NCBI GenBank assembly: GCA_951406725.2
Contig: OX597830.1
Coordinates: 62,806,001 to 62,870,000 of the forward strand
Length of the DNA: 64,000 nt
DNA from: Octopus vulgaris
Taxonomy: Eukaryota
Direction: 5' to 3'
Part shown: positions 13,027 to 26,629 of the stretch, piece after piece
How positions within the stretch are numbered: the stretch's first letter is position 1
Layout of the letters: each line of letters begins with the position of its first letter
Notes under the pieces: generated by a model
Databases searched by the model: none
What the model was told of the DNA's origin: nothing
Seen by the model: only the letters and a program-made list of their open reading frames with translations
Program-made: the position numbers and the translations under genes

Positions 13027-14294
13027 AGTGCAAAACCGTTTGATTGATAAGATCGGTCGTAATGGATCTATAATACTGCATATTCTGATTAATATACCCA
13101 CTCTGTTGATAAATATACAAGCGCATATGCTTTTGTGTAGTTACTCAGATGACTATGTGTGTATATATATGTGTGTGTATGTATGTATGTATGTATGTAT
13201 GTATGAATGAATGAATATTAATTTTTCTTTTCACCAAGCATAACATATAATTTAGTAACGAGATGAGACCTTCATTTTACTCAAACACTCTCACTTTTGT
13301 CGAGAGGTGGTGGTTAAAATTTACAGTGATCACACAAAACGAAAGAAAAAATAAATCTCTGACAACTTATTTCCTCTAACCTACTGAAACTAAATGTGCA
13401 ATTATCCTGCGTAAATTATGTCAGAATTGACTCAGATGTCATAAATTTAGTTCTGGTGCGATTTCTAAGATGACAGACATTTAAAATGTCCATTTGTTGA
13501 AATAAACGACTAAGAAATATTATCTGTAAATTGTTCATTAAAAGACAGGAAAAACGAATGTAAAAGAGATGGGTGTGTTAAAAGGAGCAGGAACAAGAAA
13601 GATTATGACTAATTTTCATTACTTAAAACTTCAACAAAAATAGACATGATTATTATCTTTTAGAAATGCGCAGTTATGTCATCTTATTCAAAACTGGTTG
13701 TGTTGGGAGGGAAGTACGATAAACACACATCTACTTACAGACTTTTGTGAAGTGTAGCCTAGTTAGGTATTAAACAAACATTACGTTACATTAAATTCAC
13801 CGAATTAGAGACTTGAAGAAATAAGAAAAAAATTGTTTTTCTTTTATCTTTTCACAAGTTTACATTGATAACTGTTATTCTAAAATAGTTTTAATTCTTT
13901 TACAAAGCCAGCAGTATCGAGAGGAAAATATTATCGAATACCATCAACCCTTGTACTTGACTGGTACTTTATTTTCTGGAGCACGAAAGGATTAAAGATA
14001 AAGTTGACCTCAACATGCTTGAACTCAGAAACCGAAGGGCTGGAGAAAAAAAAAATCCAAAAACCCACAAAAAGCATTTTTTAAAGATCTGCTGATTCAA
14101 CCAGTTGACTACCTGAACTATATTCTGAAAATAGACACAGGAGTGGCTGTGTGGTAAGAAGCTTGCTTACCAACCATAATGTTCGAGGTTCAGTCCCACT
14201 GCGTGGCACTTTGTCTTCTACTATAACCGCAGGCCGACCAAGGCCTTGTGAATAGATTTGGTAGACGGAAACTGAAAGAAGCCCATTGTATGTG

Positions 14295-14837
14295 TGTGGG
14301 CAAGAGACAAACTTGGCAGAGATGTGCCACATGTTCAATTCAGACGTTAGGATTTCCTGCATAGACCCATACAACAGACCAACAACATCAGCAATGTTGT
14401 TGTTTGTCCTCCAGTGATCCTTATGCGCAAGCTGATGAATTCTCTCCACATTTATGGGGATGACTCTCATGGCAAGTCTTCCAGATTGCTCATCTTCTGC
14501 TTTTGAAACATCCGTGCCACTGGAAACATTGCATACGACCCACTGCCTCGTCACCGTAAGCTTGCCAAAGCATGCTCAATGTCTCTGTAGCAGATTGCCC
14601 AAGCCTGATGCAAAATTTCACATTGGCTCTCTTTGTTCCAGCTTCCTGTCCATGACAAAATCGGAGACTACAGCATACACATGATCACAAATTTCACAAC
14701 TTCAAAGTAAACACAGCAATGTCATTCGGCACATTGTCTCATGAAGGTCACTACGAGCTTTCACTGCACACACAACCTTGTGCTGACATCTGTTGCTGCA
14801 CTACAGAACTAGTCCAGGAACTTTTGAAACCACCTCG
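14295..14837 (-). mobile_element. Mariner 5' fragment
   Basis: TIR (ta)cgaggtggtttcaaaagttcctgg; translation EDEQSGR...IADVVGLLYGSMQEILTSELNMWHISAKFV. Confidence 0.8.
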
Positions 14838-14908
14838 TATATATATATATATATATATATATATGTTTTAATATTTTGCTTAGGCATTGTGTGACTAATA
14901 ACCTCAAA

Positions 14909-15328
14909 GGAGCAGGAGTGGGTGTGTGGTAAGTAGCTTGCTTACCAACCAAATGGCTCCGGATTCAGTCCCACTGCGTGGCATCTTGGGCAAGTGTCTT
15001 CTACTATAGCCTTGAGCCGACCAAAGCCTTGTGAGTGGATTTGGTAGACAGAAACTGGAAGAAGCCTGTCGTATATGTGTGTGTATATATATATATATAT
15101 ATGTATGTATGGGTGTGTATATGTTTGTGTGTCTGTTTGTCTGCCCCCTGCATCACTTGACAACCGATGCTGGTGTGTTTACGTCCCCGTAACTTAGCAG
15201 TTCGGCAAAAGAGACCGACAGAATAAGTACTAGGCTTACAAAGAATAAGCTCTGGGGTCGATTTGCTCGACTATTAAGGCAATGCTCCAGCATGGCTGCA
15301 GTCTAATGACTGAAACAAGTGAAAGAGT
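14909..15328 (+). mobile_element. SINE family A
   Basis: Near full-length match to 3546-3983. Confidence 0.85.
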
Positions 15329-16130
15329 ATACATATGTTTCAGGACAGAGTGCTAATAAGAAAATGAAATGGCAAAGGAATAAACTTAAGTTACCTTATG
15401 AACTCCATTAGCTTGCAGCTGTTTCTGCTACTGGAAGCAGTGGACACATAGTTGAGTGCCTGAGTAACAGCCAATAGCTTCAAGGTTTGCAATATTGCAA
15501 ACCTGTACAAGTGAGCATGTAAAAAACAAAATAGGAATTTTGACAAAAGCATCTATAAAACTAGCTTTTAAAAATTGAATGGCTTATAAGGGTCCACCAG
15601 AATAGAATAGTAATAGAAAAAATTGGTTGGGAAGCACTGATCTGTATTGTCACTTGACATGCTAGAAATAGTAGTCAAATCTCGAATCAGGTCATATTGT
15701 CTATATATTTTTTAACAAAAACAGTCATAGGGAATTATATGAATTAACTGTCTGTTGAGCGGGGATGATCATGGATGGAATATGTTTGGTCATAGGTCTG
15801 TGCAACCAAGGGATGATCTGTGGAATAAGCAACAATAATAGCAAGACAACAATTTCTTGTATGTGTGTGTGTGTGAGAGAGAGAGAGTGTGTGAGAGAGA
15901 GAGAGAGAGAGACAGACAGGGAAAGGGAGAGATGGGTGAGTTAAGCAAACATGAGACGTGTGACTGAAATCTGGAATTATTCTGAATGTTGTCTCGCTGA
16001 AGTAAAGTTTGTTTTGCAGCAGTTAACTAAACAGTAATAACATGATTTCAACAGGTTCAACTCACATATATCTAGTGTGTGTGTGTGTCTGTGTGTGTGT
16101 ATATATATATATGTATGTATGTATATATAT

Positions 16131-16178
<48 letters not shown>

Positions 16179-16636
16179 AATTAGAGACAAAACCACTATT
16201 ATGCAAATCAAACAAAGAAAGACTTAATCCAATACATAAATTAATTTATATTATTTAGTAATTTAACAATTATTAATCATCATCATCATCATCATCATCA
16301 TCGTTTAACGTCCGTTCTCCATGCTAGCATGGGTTGGACGGTTCGACCGGGGATCTGGGAAGACAGGAGACTGCACCAGGCTCCAGTCTTATCTGGCAAT
16401 GTTTCTACAGCTGGATGCCCTTCCTAACGCCAACCACTCCATGAGTGTAGTGGGTACTTTTTACGTGCCACCTGCACAGGTGCCAGGCGAGGCTGGCAAC
16501 AGCCACAGTCGGATTGGTGTATTTTATGTGCCACCGGCACGGAAGCCAGTCGAGGCGGTGCTGGCATCGGCCACGAGTCGGATAGTGCTTTTTATGTACC
16601 ACCAGACCAGGAATCCTGACTGGTTCAATTTGATTT

Positions 16637-16682
<46 letters not shown>

Positions 16683-17030
16683 CATATGCTGAGACCCTCT
16701 TCGGTCATGATTAACCATGGGATTGCACCTAGAAAGTTACCCTCCCGGGCACAAGTCCAAGCAAGGTTGTTTATGGAAGACCAGCAGTCGCCCATGCATA
16801 CCAACCTTCCCTCTCCATGCCACCGATGTTATCCAAGGGATAAGGCAAAGGAGCCGATACAGCTTGGCACCAGTGACATTGCAACTCATTTCTACAGCTG
16901 AGTGAACTGGAGCAACATGAAATAAAGTGTCTTGCTCAAGAACACAATACACAGCCTGCTCAGGGATTCAAACTCACAACTTCACTATTGTAAGCTTGAC
17001 GCTCTAACCACTGAGCCATGCGCCTTCATG

Positions 17031-17066
<36 letters not shown>

Positions 17067-17077
17067 CACACACACAC

Positions 17078-17146
<69 letters not shown>

Positions 17147-17224
17147 CATATATATATATATACACACACATATATATATATATACATACATATATATATA
17201 TATATATATAAATATATAATATAC

Positions 17225-17308
<84 letters not shown>

Positions 17309-17667
17309 CTCTTTACTCTCTCTTTTACTCTTTTACTTGTTTCAGTCATTTGACTGCGGCCATGCTGGAGCACCACCTTTTAGTACTTATTCTATCGGTC
17401 TCTTTTTGCCGAACCGCTAAGTGACGGGGACGTAAACACACCAGCATCGGTTGTCAAGCAATGCTAGGGGGATAAACACATACACATATATATATATACA
17501 TATATACGATGGGCTTCTTTCAGTTTCCGTCTACCAAATCCACTCACAAGGCATTGGTCGGCCCGGGGCTATAGCAGAAGACACTTGCCGAAGATGCCAC
17601 GCAGTGGGACTGAACCCGCAACTGTGTGGTTGGTTAGCAAGCTACTTACCACACAGCCACTCCTGCG

Positions 17668-17670
<3 letters not shown>
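17309..17670 (-). mobile_element. SINE family A flanked by long (TA)/(CA) tracts
   Basis: Match to family A. Confidence 0.85.
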
Positions 17671-17752
<82 letters not shown>

Positions 17753-18669
17753 CAAAGAGGCTGTCAGGCAGACAGACAGACATATAACTCTGGAGACAAA
17801 TTTAATTGTCTTTGACTCAACATTTCCAGTTGTCTCCTTTGTGTTTACCTTTCGTTTAGTCCAACATCATTCACCAATGTTTACCTCTGGTCAATGCAGC
17901 AATACAGACTTGAATGAATTAATCCAGTTGTATATTTGCCATTTTAAGTGTATCACTAATTACTCTGCTATTAATAACCTGATTTGATTAATTTCATAAG
18001 GAGCCACTGTAAACAATAGGCCATCCAAGAAACGTGTAAAATACGCTTTAAGCTAATATGTTTCACATTGTATATAACTTAATTCATGATTTTCATACCA
18101 TTTTGTCATTTTTATTTTGTTTGCTGTAGGTTTGTTTATTTTTACTAATCAATCAGTTATTGACACCTAACGATCAGTTCAGTGGTTAATAAATTAGTGA
18201 AAAATAATGTAGTAACAAAGTGGTAATGAATTTAACTGGCTGGCATTTGTGCCTTTCATTAGAAGAATTTGCAATTTAGCAGAATAAATTGGTGGTAGAA
18301 AAATATCCAAAGAGCCGAAGTGTTGTTGGCTCTTATGTCTGTAGTTTGAATGTATGAATGATCTCTGTGTGTATGTATGTATGTCATTAGTCAGTTTATT
18401 TCAAGATTTCTTGCCAATAGAGAAAGAACTGGTTTCTAACCTAGATCCAAGGCACCTTCATTAGAATTTCAACACCAACAACAGTGTATTTTTGTTTGTA
18501 TGTATGTAACTGCATCTGTAGGGTTTAGACGGAACCAGCATGTGGGTGGCCGCTGGTGCAAGGGGGAACTGACCACCCTAAAACACCAGGCCTATATAAG
18601 TATGTATATGTATCTATGTGTATATATAATAAATATACACATCACACACACTTGGACTGAGACAAATGC

Positions 18670-18834
18670 TGAGTGGTTATGTGGTAAGTGGCTTGCTTAC
18701 CAACCACATGGTTCTGGGTTCAGTCCCACTGCGTGGAACCTTGGGCAAGTGTCTTCTACTATAGCCTTGGGCTGACCAAAGCCTTGTGAGTGGATTTTGT
18801 AGACGGAAACTGAAAGAAGTCCGTTGTATATATG

Positions 18835-18867
<33 letters not shown>

Positions 18868-19088
18868 ATGTGTGTATGTATATGTTTGTGTGTCTGTGTT
18901 TGTCCCCCCAACATCACTTGACAACCGATGCTGGTATGTTTACGTCCCTGTAACTTAGCGGTTTGGCAAAAGAGACCGATAGAATAAGTACTCGGCTTAC
19001 AAAGAATAAGTCCTGGGGGGCGATTTGCTCGACTAAAGGCGGTGCTCCAGCATGGCCACAGTCAAATGACTGAAACAGGTAAAAGAGT
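18670..19088 (+). mobile_element. SINE family A
   Basis: Match to family A. Confidence 0.85.
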
Positions 19089-19092
19089 TTAT

Positions 19093-19788
19093 TAGTTTCA
19101 AATTTCAGCTCAAGGCCAGCAATTTCGGAGGTGGGGTCAAGTTAATTACATCAACCCCCAGTGTTCAACTGGTTCTTATTTTATTGACCCCTGAAAGGAT
19201 GAAAGGTAATGTCAACCCTGGTAGCACTTGAACCCAGAACATAAAGACAGACGAAATACCTATTTCTTTATTACCCACAAGGGGCTAAACACAGAGAGGA
19301 CAAATAAGGACTGACAAACGGATTAAGTCGATTATATAAACCCCAGTGTGTAACTGGTACTTATTTAATCGACCCCGAAAGGATGAAAGGCAAAGTCGAC
19401 GTCGGCGGAATTTGAACTCAGAACGTAGCGGCAGACAAAATACCTATTTCTTTATTACCCACAAGGGGCTAAACACAGAGGGGACAAACAAGGGCAGACA
19501 TAGGTATTAAGTCGATTACATCGAACCCAGTGTGTAACTGGTACTTAATTTATTGACCCCGAAAGGATGAAAGGCAAAGTCGACCTCGGTGGAATTTGAA
19601 CTCACAACCTAACGCAGACAAAATACCGCTAAGCATTTTGCCAGCTTGCTGACCTACTTCTTTTATATATATTCTTTTCTACTCCAGGCTCAAGGCCCGA
19701 AATTTGGGGGGAGGGGCCAGTTAATTAGATCTACGCAACTGGTGCTTAATTTATCGACCCTGAAAGGATGAAAGGCAAAATCAACCTC
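19093..19788 (-). mobile_element. Concatemer of SINE family B units
   Basis: Four head-to-tail repeats of the actggtactt...ggatgaaaggcaaagtcgacc core. Confidence 0.8.
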
Positions 19789-19993
19789 CCCCTTTTATAC
19801 ATATCAAAACAGGTGACAGCTAGTTTTAAGACATTTACTTTGCAATCGAAAGGTCCTGGGTTCAATCCTGCTGTCTGGTACCTCGAGCAATTTATTATTT
19901 TGAGTAAAATGAGTTGACCAGTGAATAGATTTCGCTGTAAATATATATATTTGCGAAGGCTAGACAGGTATCTCAACTAGCAGGACTTGCTAT

Positions 19994-20039
19994 CCTGGAC
20001 TGATGACGGGTAAGACCCAGAAACATGCATGTCTTCAGG
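19994..20039 (+). ncRNA. Type I hammerhead ribozyme motif downstream of a tRNA-like head
   Basis: CCUGGA-CUGAUGA-C-GGGU-AAG-ACCC-A-GAAA-CAUGCAUG-UC-UUCAGG; GUC triplet, predicted cut after 20033; stem I extends via caactag/ctagttg. Confidence 0.85.
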
Positions 20040-20435
20040 TGTGAATCCTAGTTGGTGGGGGTATTTGCCTCCCTTTTGCACATATAAGGACACAGGAAAT
20101 GTGTCAAAGCCGACAGGAAGCGTCAATGCTTCCTAGGGCTAAACAGCAGTGGTGTAATTCCCTTACGGGACTATCACGTTATGTTGACAGTATACAACCA
20201 CTCTGAGTTGATGGGAATTGTATGGAAGTAGAAGTTCACAATTAGCCTACCGCAAGAAACTAGTGACATCTACAATGAGGCAACACCATTTTTTGAAACT
20301 CGGAAGGAGGTAGGAACAACTGTTTTTTGTTTTTCATGGTTATGTAAACGTGAATAACTGATCTTTTCTTCTTCATTATAATCTCTGTTATAAGAGTTAA
20401 CAATTACAATTACCAGGCATGTAAAAACATTTTAA

Positions 20436-20811
20436 AACAAGAGCACTTTGAGAGCGCAAACTTCCACCAAGGCAACACCAATGTCCTCTCAACGATTAAC
20501 CAGAGATGATTTTTAAAATGAGAATATCTGAAATATACTCGACTGCTCTCACAAACGAGAATACCAAAAACGAAACCGACCGCTCTCAAAAATTAAGTGA
20601 AAAAAAAAAACGGAAAAATAATTCAGAATCCTTGTCTGGTACCGGATCGATCCCAAAATCTAATCAGTTCGTGCCAGTCACAAGACCAAACATCCCTGGA
20701 AGTTTCATCAGGATCCATCCAGCAGTTCTTGAGATATCTTGTCCACGGACAACCAACAAGCAAACACGACTGAAAACAATCCCTCTGTCTTCGCTAAGGC
20801 GGAGGTAATAA
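20436..20811 (+). mobile_element. Non-autonomous Helentron-associated (HINE-like) element
   Basis: Starts aacaagagcac, ends ...aaggcggaggtaataa; inverted second copy at 59389-59746; class assignment is by terminal style only. Confidence 0.6.
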
Positions 20812-22175
20812 ATCGATAAATAATCGTATATAACTTAATGTATAATGATACGTTTTTTTCCCCAACCCTCAGAAAAACCCTCGTGACCCTTATTTGGGTC
20901 ACGACCATGGATTTGGAAACCCCTGTTGGATATACAAATTTCATGAAGCGGGGATAGACACAACCATCTTCAGACGACGTACTCTAAATTACTCCCCTAA
21001 ATACGATACTCCTATAAATTCAGACCCCTACGCCCTTCTTTTTTCGTCTCAAACCAATACGCTACTTTTTAGTCCATTCTTCCAAACCCACAGGGCTGTC
21101 AACGACTCTTGCCACAACACCATCACCATCACCAGCAGCAACAGCAATAAATATACCATGACCACCACCACCACCACATGTTGTTGTTGTTGTTGTTGTT
21201 TAGTCCCAGATAAATCCTGCTTGAGCAGATTATGATCAAAAGCATTTTAGCCGCGTCCTATCCATCATCTTGCATGTCAAGAGACCACCATCGACCAATG
21301 TTGTCTCTCTCCTTCCACCTGCACACTTTTCTTTAAAACAGACGACAGGTCATAATTTTAGAGAGACTTTGCTGTTATTTCTAGCAGTTCGCACCATCAC
21401 GTTGAGGCCCCTTCCAGAGAAAAAGTTGCTTTTCTTGAGAAATATCTCACTGTCGCTGTTCCCTTGAGTCGAAGATGTCAGGTTGCCGTATCTGTTGACA
21501 CAAGTAATCCTTCTCTGACGAAAAGGAGTATTTGTCTGACGTGAGGTCGACACGTTAGGAGCGGTTCAGAGAGAAAGGAAAGGATGTCGGCTGCTTTTGT
21601 GAATGAGTGAATGTGTGAACACACACACACACGTGTGTATTGTGTCTGTGTGTGTGACTATGTACGTCTGTATGAGTCTATCTGTCTGTCTGTCTGTATG
21701 TATGTATGTATGTATGTATGTATGTGACCATCTATGTGTGTGTGAGTGTGTATGTGCGCGTGTGTTCACCTACGAACGTACGTATGTGTGTGTGTGTGTA
21801 AGCATCCGTATGTGTGTGCATGCATGCATCTGTGTGTGCATGCATGCATCTGTGTATGTGTATATGCGCCCGTGTGTAAATGTATTGGGGGGTTAAAGAT
21901 AACGTTAAGGAAATCGGTGATCTTTCGGACTTTGTATGTAATATACTGTAGACAAGTAACAACAAGCAGATCCAAAGATAAACAAAATAAAGCGTTATCA
22001 ATCAACAAAAGTCATAAACAACTGAATTTTCATGCTTCTTTTATGGTTTTGATTATGAAACTACGTTACCAAAGCAGAAGATAGGAAGGTAAAAGTAAAA
22101 ATATAAGTATTCCCTCTCCCACATATACAGTAGAATGGTATACATGTACAAATGTTCCTTCCTCCACCATATTAT

Positions 22176-22293
22176 GCGAGGTGGTATCAAAAGGTTCCAG
22201 GACTAGTTATGTTTAATAAAAAATGAATTATTTACCTAAGTTTTAACATTATCTTGGAAATAGTCACCTTGCATAGCAATACACCGGTTCCAG
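22176..22293 (-). mobile_element. Mariner 3' terminal fragment
   Basis: Minus strand encodes WNRCIAMQGDYFQD, followed by a TIR similar to that at 14837. Confidence 0.65.
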
Positions 22294-22405
22294 TCAGGGC
22301 CGGATTAAGACCCATCGAGGCCCAACATCAGAAGCAGTAGTAGCAGAAACAGCAGCAGAAGTAGTAGTAATAGTATTATTATTATTATTATTATTATCAT
22401 CATCA

Positions 22406-22437
<32 letters not shown>

Positions 22438-22438
<1 letters not shown>

Positions 22439-22747
22439 TATGTTTGATTTTTGCTTTACATTTGTACAAGTTGGCTCCAAGTCTCATCCAGAGACCTCAA
22501 GAGACAACAAGTTAGAAGTTAATGTTGGTGTTATGCCTAGGGTGCCATATATTTGGTTTTGTACATAGTGTTGTTCTAGAGAATGTTTAAGAAACCATAA
22601 TAAAATTATGTTTGTTTTAAAATTTGAGATTAAATAGAAAGTATTTGGCATAGGACATGGGCAGTTCCCATGAGCACTATCTTTTGAATTTCTGCCATTT
22701 TGGGGTTTCCTGGTATCTGAGCTAGGTAGCAATCAGTCTCTTTTGCT
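22438..22747 (-). mobile_element. R4/Dong-type LINE 3' end (copy 1)
   Basis: Minus strand IPGNPKMAEIQKIVLMGTAHVLCQILSI* is homologous to the C-terminus of the adjacent copy; (TAA)n on both sides. Confidence 0.7.
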
Positions 22748-22770
22748 ATTATTATTATTATTATTATCAT

Positions 22771-23741
22771 TCAGTAGTTTTATTTTTATAGCGTGCTTTC
22801 ACTTCACTACCGAGCGCAGCTCTGTGTGCCTTGGGTATGTGCTGTGATTTGTTGTGATGCTCTGATGGTCATTGTATGGAAAGTGTTCTGCGTAGGATGT
22901 GTGCAGTGCCTAGTAGTGCAATTTTCTGTATGTTATATGTGTTTGTAAGTCCTGGTGTTTTTGTTATGTATTTGTCTGAATATTTTTTTATCATGCCTAA
23001 TGCACCTACTATGATAGGAATTGTTTCTGTTTTTAGATTCCACATTCTGGTTACCTCTATTTCCAGGTCTTTGTATTTTGAAAGTTTCTCCATTTCTTTA
23101 AGAGACACGTTGTCATCTGCCGGTATTGATACATCAATTAGAAAGCATTTTTTTTCTTCATGATCTCTGACAACTATATCTGGTCTGTTAGCCTTAATTT
23201 CTCTATCTGTGTGTATCGGCATATCCCAGAGTATGGTTGCTTTCTCGTTTTCTGTGACCTTTTCTGGTGTGTGCCTATACCATCTTTTTCTGTTGTTATT
23301 CCATAACGTTGGCATAGCTTCCAGTGTATGTAGATTCCAACTCTGTCATGTCTGTGAATATATTCCTTCTTAGCCAGGACTGGGCAGCCAGAGATAATAT
23401 GATTTATTGTTTCTTGTCCATCTCCACATATTCTGCAGTTATTTGTTATATTTCTTTTCATTACATGTTTTTGGTAAATTCTGGTGGGTAGGCTTTGGTC
23501 TTGTGCTGCAATTAAGAATCCCTCTGTCTCTGCTTTGAGTCCTGAGCTTCTCAACCATTGCTGGGATTTTTCTTTGTCTATTTCTTTTGCATTTAGTTTA
23601 GTCCAGTATTTACCATGAAGGGGCTTTTCTTGCCATCGTTTTATCATGGTTCTTTGCTGTTCTAGTTTTAGTTTGGATTTCATTTGTATTATAGCTTTTG
23701 TTGTTTCTTCATCTTCTTCTTCTTCTTCTTCTTCTTCTTCA

Positions 23742-23745
<4 letters not shown>
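22771..23745 (-). mobile_element. R4/Dong-type non-LTR retrotransposon, 5'-truncated (zinc knuckle + restriction-like endonuclease)
   Basis: CRICGDGQETINHIISGC, RHD, RPDIVV...FLIDVSIP...KLSKYKDL; one frameshift near 23290; embedded in (TAA)n, the known Dong target. Confidence 0.9.
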
Positions 23746-23794
<49 letters not shown>

Positions 23795-23810
23795 ATTATT
23801 ATTATTATTT

Positions 23811-24327
23811 AGTGAGAGAGCAGTACGTGCCATCAAAGTGACACTGGGGTAAAATATATGAAGCCCAGTAAAACTACCCATCTGATAAGGGTACACTATG
23901 TACATGCGTGACATAGTTAACTAATATCAAGATAAACAGTGCATGACCTTACAGGTGGGGCCCAGTTAGAATTTTCTTCAGGTCAAGTAGCCCATCCCAC
24001 TCAAAAGATCCTTGAATAAGGATTGTTTAAGGATGTTGAAAGAAACACCCATGTTTCCAAAGGTTAATTATCCAAACCCCCAAAGAATTGCTCTCAACAC
24101 ATGGCTATGATGCTCCCCCACTACTTCTGCTCGTGATCAGAGATGCACATATCGTCAGCCACTAAGGGACATGCTCAACTGGTTACGGTCAAACAACTGA
24201 CAAGCAAATCTGTGGTATTGAGCAGAATATTTGCTGTAGCCCATCTTTTATATCAAGATAAAACAATGTACATGATAACACTTCCAATCAGTTAAGATCA
24301 GAAGCCATGAGAGCTACTGCCTGGTAC

Positions 24328-24328
<1 letters not shown>
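23811..24328. mobile_element. Non-coding insert within the (TAA)n array
   Basis: Sharp (TTA)n boundaries on both sides; no recognisable ORF. Confidence 0.45.
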
Positions 24329-24376
<48 letters not shown>

Positions 24377-24380
24377 CATT

Positions 24381-24725
24381 GCCTTTGCACGGCTTCTAAC
24401 GCTGGAGATGTATTATAGTGTCAGCTGTTCACTACCAGTGGACTAAAGTAACACCCCATATTTTTCGAGTACCTTCCAGAGTATTTGAGTAGTTCCAAAC
24501 AGTGCTGTTTTTTGCTAGTGCTGCCCCCTTATTGCAGCCTCTATTTGTTCCATGTACTTCTTAAGAGTTTTACTCACTGTTCCCAGGGCTCTGACAATTA
24601 TTAGGACTACTACCACCTTTTTCAGTGAATACAACTGCTTAACCACCCAAACAAACCTGTCATATCTATCGACTTTTCTTTCTTCCTTATTGCATACCTT
24701 GTTGTCAGGTAGGCATGCTATATCT
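24381..24725 (-). mobile_element. R4/Dong-type LINE 3' end (copy 3, divergent)
   Basis: DIACLPDNKVCNKEERKVDRYD...IIVRALGTVSK...QKTALFGTTQIL aligns with the endonuclease C-terminus of 22869-23150. Confidence 0.75.
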
Positions 24726-24891
24726 GTTGTTGTTATTGTTATTGTTATTATTATTATTATTATTATTATTAGTAGTAGTAGTAGTAGTAGTAGCAGCAGC
24801 AGCAGCAGCAACATCAGCAAAACTACTAGTAGTAGTAGTAGCACTAGTAGTAGCAGTAGTGGTGGTGGTGGTGGTGGTGGTGTTGGTGTTG

Positions 24892-25000
<109 letters not shown>

Positions 25001-25351
25001 ATTCTAGCTAATAACAACATGGTGATCTGGTCGACAAATATTTATACTTTCTCTGACATTTCAAATTATTTGAATTATTCTTAAGAAAAGGTCACCAGGA
25101 AAGGATTGCCATAAATAACCTGTAGTGACCTCTAGCTCTAAAACTGCGCACCATCCTCACTTTATATAAATAATGTCTTCACTGTTTATAAAACCACTTT
25201 GTCACTGGATTTTTTCATTTAAATCCTTTTCAAACAGACACATGGTTCCGGGTTCATTCCGTCTGCACGGCACCTTGGGCAAGTGTCTTCTATTATAACC
25301 TCAGACCGACCAAAGCCTAGTGAGTAGATATGATAGGCGGAAACTGAAAGG

Positions 25352-25382
<31 letters not shown>

Positions 25383-25395
<13 letters not shown>

Positions 25396-25891
25396 TGTAG
25401 TTGTGTGAGTGTTTGTCCCCTTCGATTTAGATTCCTAACTCCTCCCACATTTTGTGGTGCAGTTTAACCAAATTCGGGTATCTTATAGTCGTGATTAATA
25501 TCGAGCCCGTCTGGCTATTAGCGCGCGTCTACGATGAGTCTACGATTTTAAAAATAATTTAACATAATTTTTTATTCCATTTTAATGCATAATTTTTCGT
25601 GTGTCGATGGCGGCGGAGTTGGCGTCCATGCTCAAACACCTGCACCTGTGTTTGCTTCTCCCCCTTCTTCCCTCCCTTGTGAAGCTGTGGGGAAGGGAGT
25701 TTAAGGAAATCAACGTCGTAATGCGTTGTCAAGGAGACCAGCGTTCTTTTAGAACAACGACTTCATGGCTTGAAGACACCAAAACAGAAATGGCTAAGAA
25801 AGCCCGAATTTATAAGGGAAGTAACTCTCTAAAAATGCTTATATAGTTATTTCCCTTACAAACCCGAGCAACGCCGGGCGATACTGCTACT
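25383..25891 (+). mobile_element. Non-autonomous Helitron-like element
   Basis: 3' hairpin cccgagcaacgccggg followed by CTAC (CTAG in the second copy); near-identical copy at 53410-53912. Confidence 0.75.
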
Positions 25892-25923
25892 ATATATATA
25901 TATATATATATATGCATATATGT

Positions 25924-26309
25924 GGAGGCGCAATGGCCCAGTGGTTAGGGCAGCGGACTCGCGGTCATAGGATCGCGGTTTCGATTCCCAGACTGGGCGT
26001 TGTGAGTGTTTATTGAGCGAAAACACCTAAAAGCTCCACGAGGCTCCGGCAGGGGATGGTGGTGATCCCTGCTGTACTCTTTCACCACAACTTTCTCTCA
26101 CTTTTACTTCCTGTTTCTGTTGTACCTGTATTTCAAGGGGCCGGCCTTGTCACTCTCTGTGTCACGCTGAATATCACCGAGAACTACGTTAAGGGTGCAC
26201 GTGTCTGTGGTGTGCTCAGTCACTTACACGTTAATTTCACGAGCAGGCTGTTCCGTTGATTCGGATCAATCGGAACCCTCATCGTCGTAACCGACGGAGT
26301 GCTTCCAAT
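25924..26309 (+). mobile_element. tRNA-derived SINE family E
   Basis: ggaggcgcaatggcccagtggttagggcagcggactcgcgg...ggtttcgattccc head; other copies at 38997-39130 (+) and 39870-40149 (-). Confidence 0.8.
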
Positions 26310-26586
26310 CAATATGCATATATGGGTACAGGACGTCAACAACTGTGTAAACAACATGAAAAACAGGACAAGTAAACACAGAGAAACAACCCTTCATCAG
26401 TTGTCAGCTGTCTATCTTCTCCTCATTTTGAGCATTCAACGACAAAATATATATCATCATCATCATCATCATCGTTTAGCGTCCGCTTTCCACGCTAGCA
26501 TGGGTTTGACAGTTCAACTGGGGTCTGGGAAGCCAGAAGGCTGCACCAGGCCCAGTCTGATCTGGCAATGTTTCTACGGCTGGATG

Positions 26587-26629
<43 letters not shown>

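Noticed and set aside
18420-18470. Minus-strand ctaatga...gaaaccagttc hammerhead-like motif
   Set aside because: Core mismatch and poor stems I and III; too degenerate to call
14295-22293. Mariner ends at 14837 and 22176 as one large element
   Set aside because: Both are minus-strand pieces in the wrong order (5' end to the left of the 3' end), so they are separate copies
25924-25996. Possible tRNA genes at SINE heads
   Set aside because: No complete cloverleaf or acceptor stem; they run directly into SINE bodies
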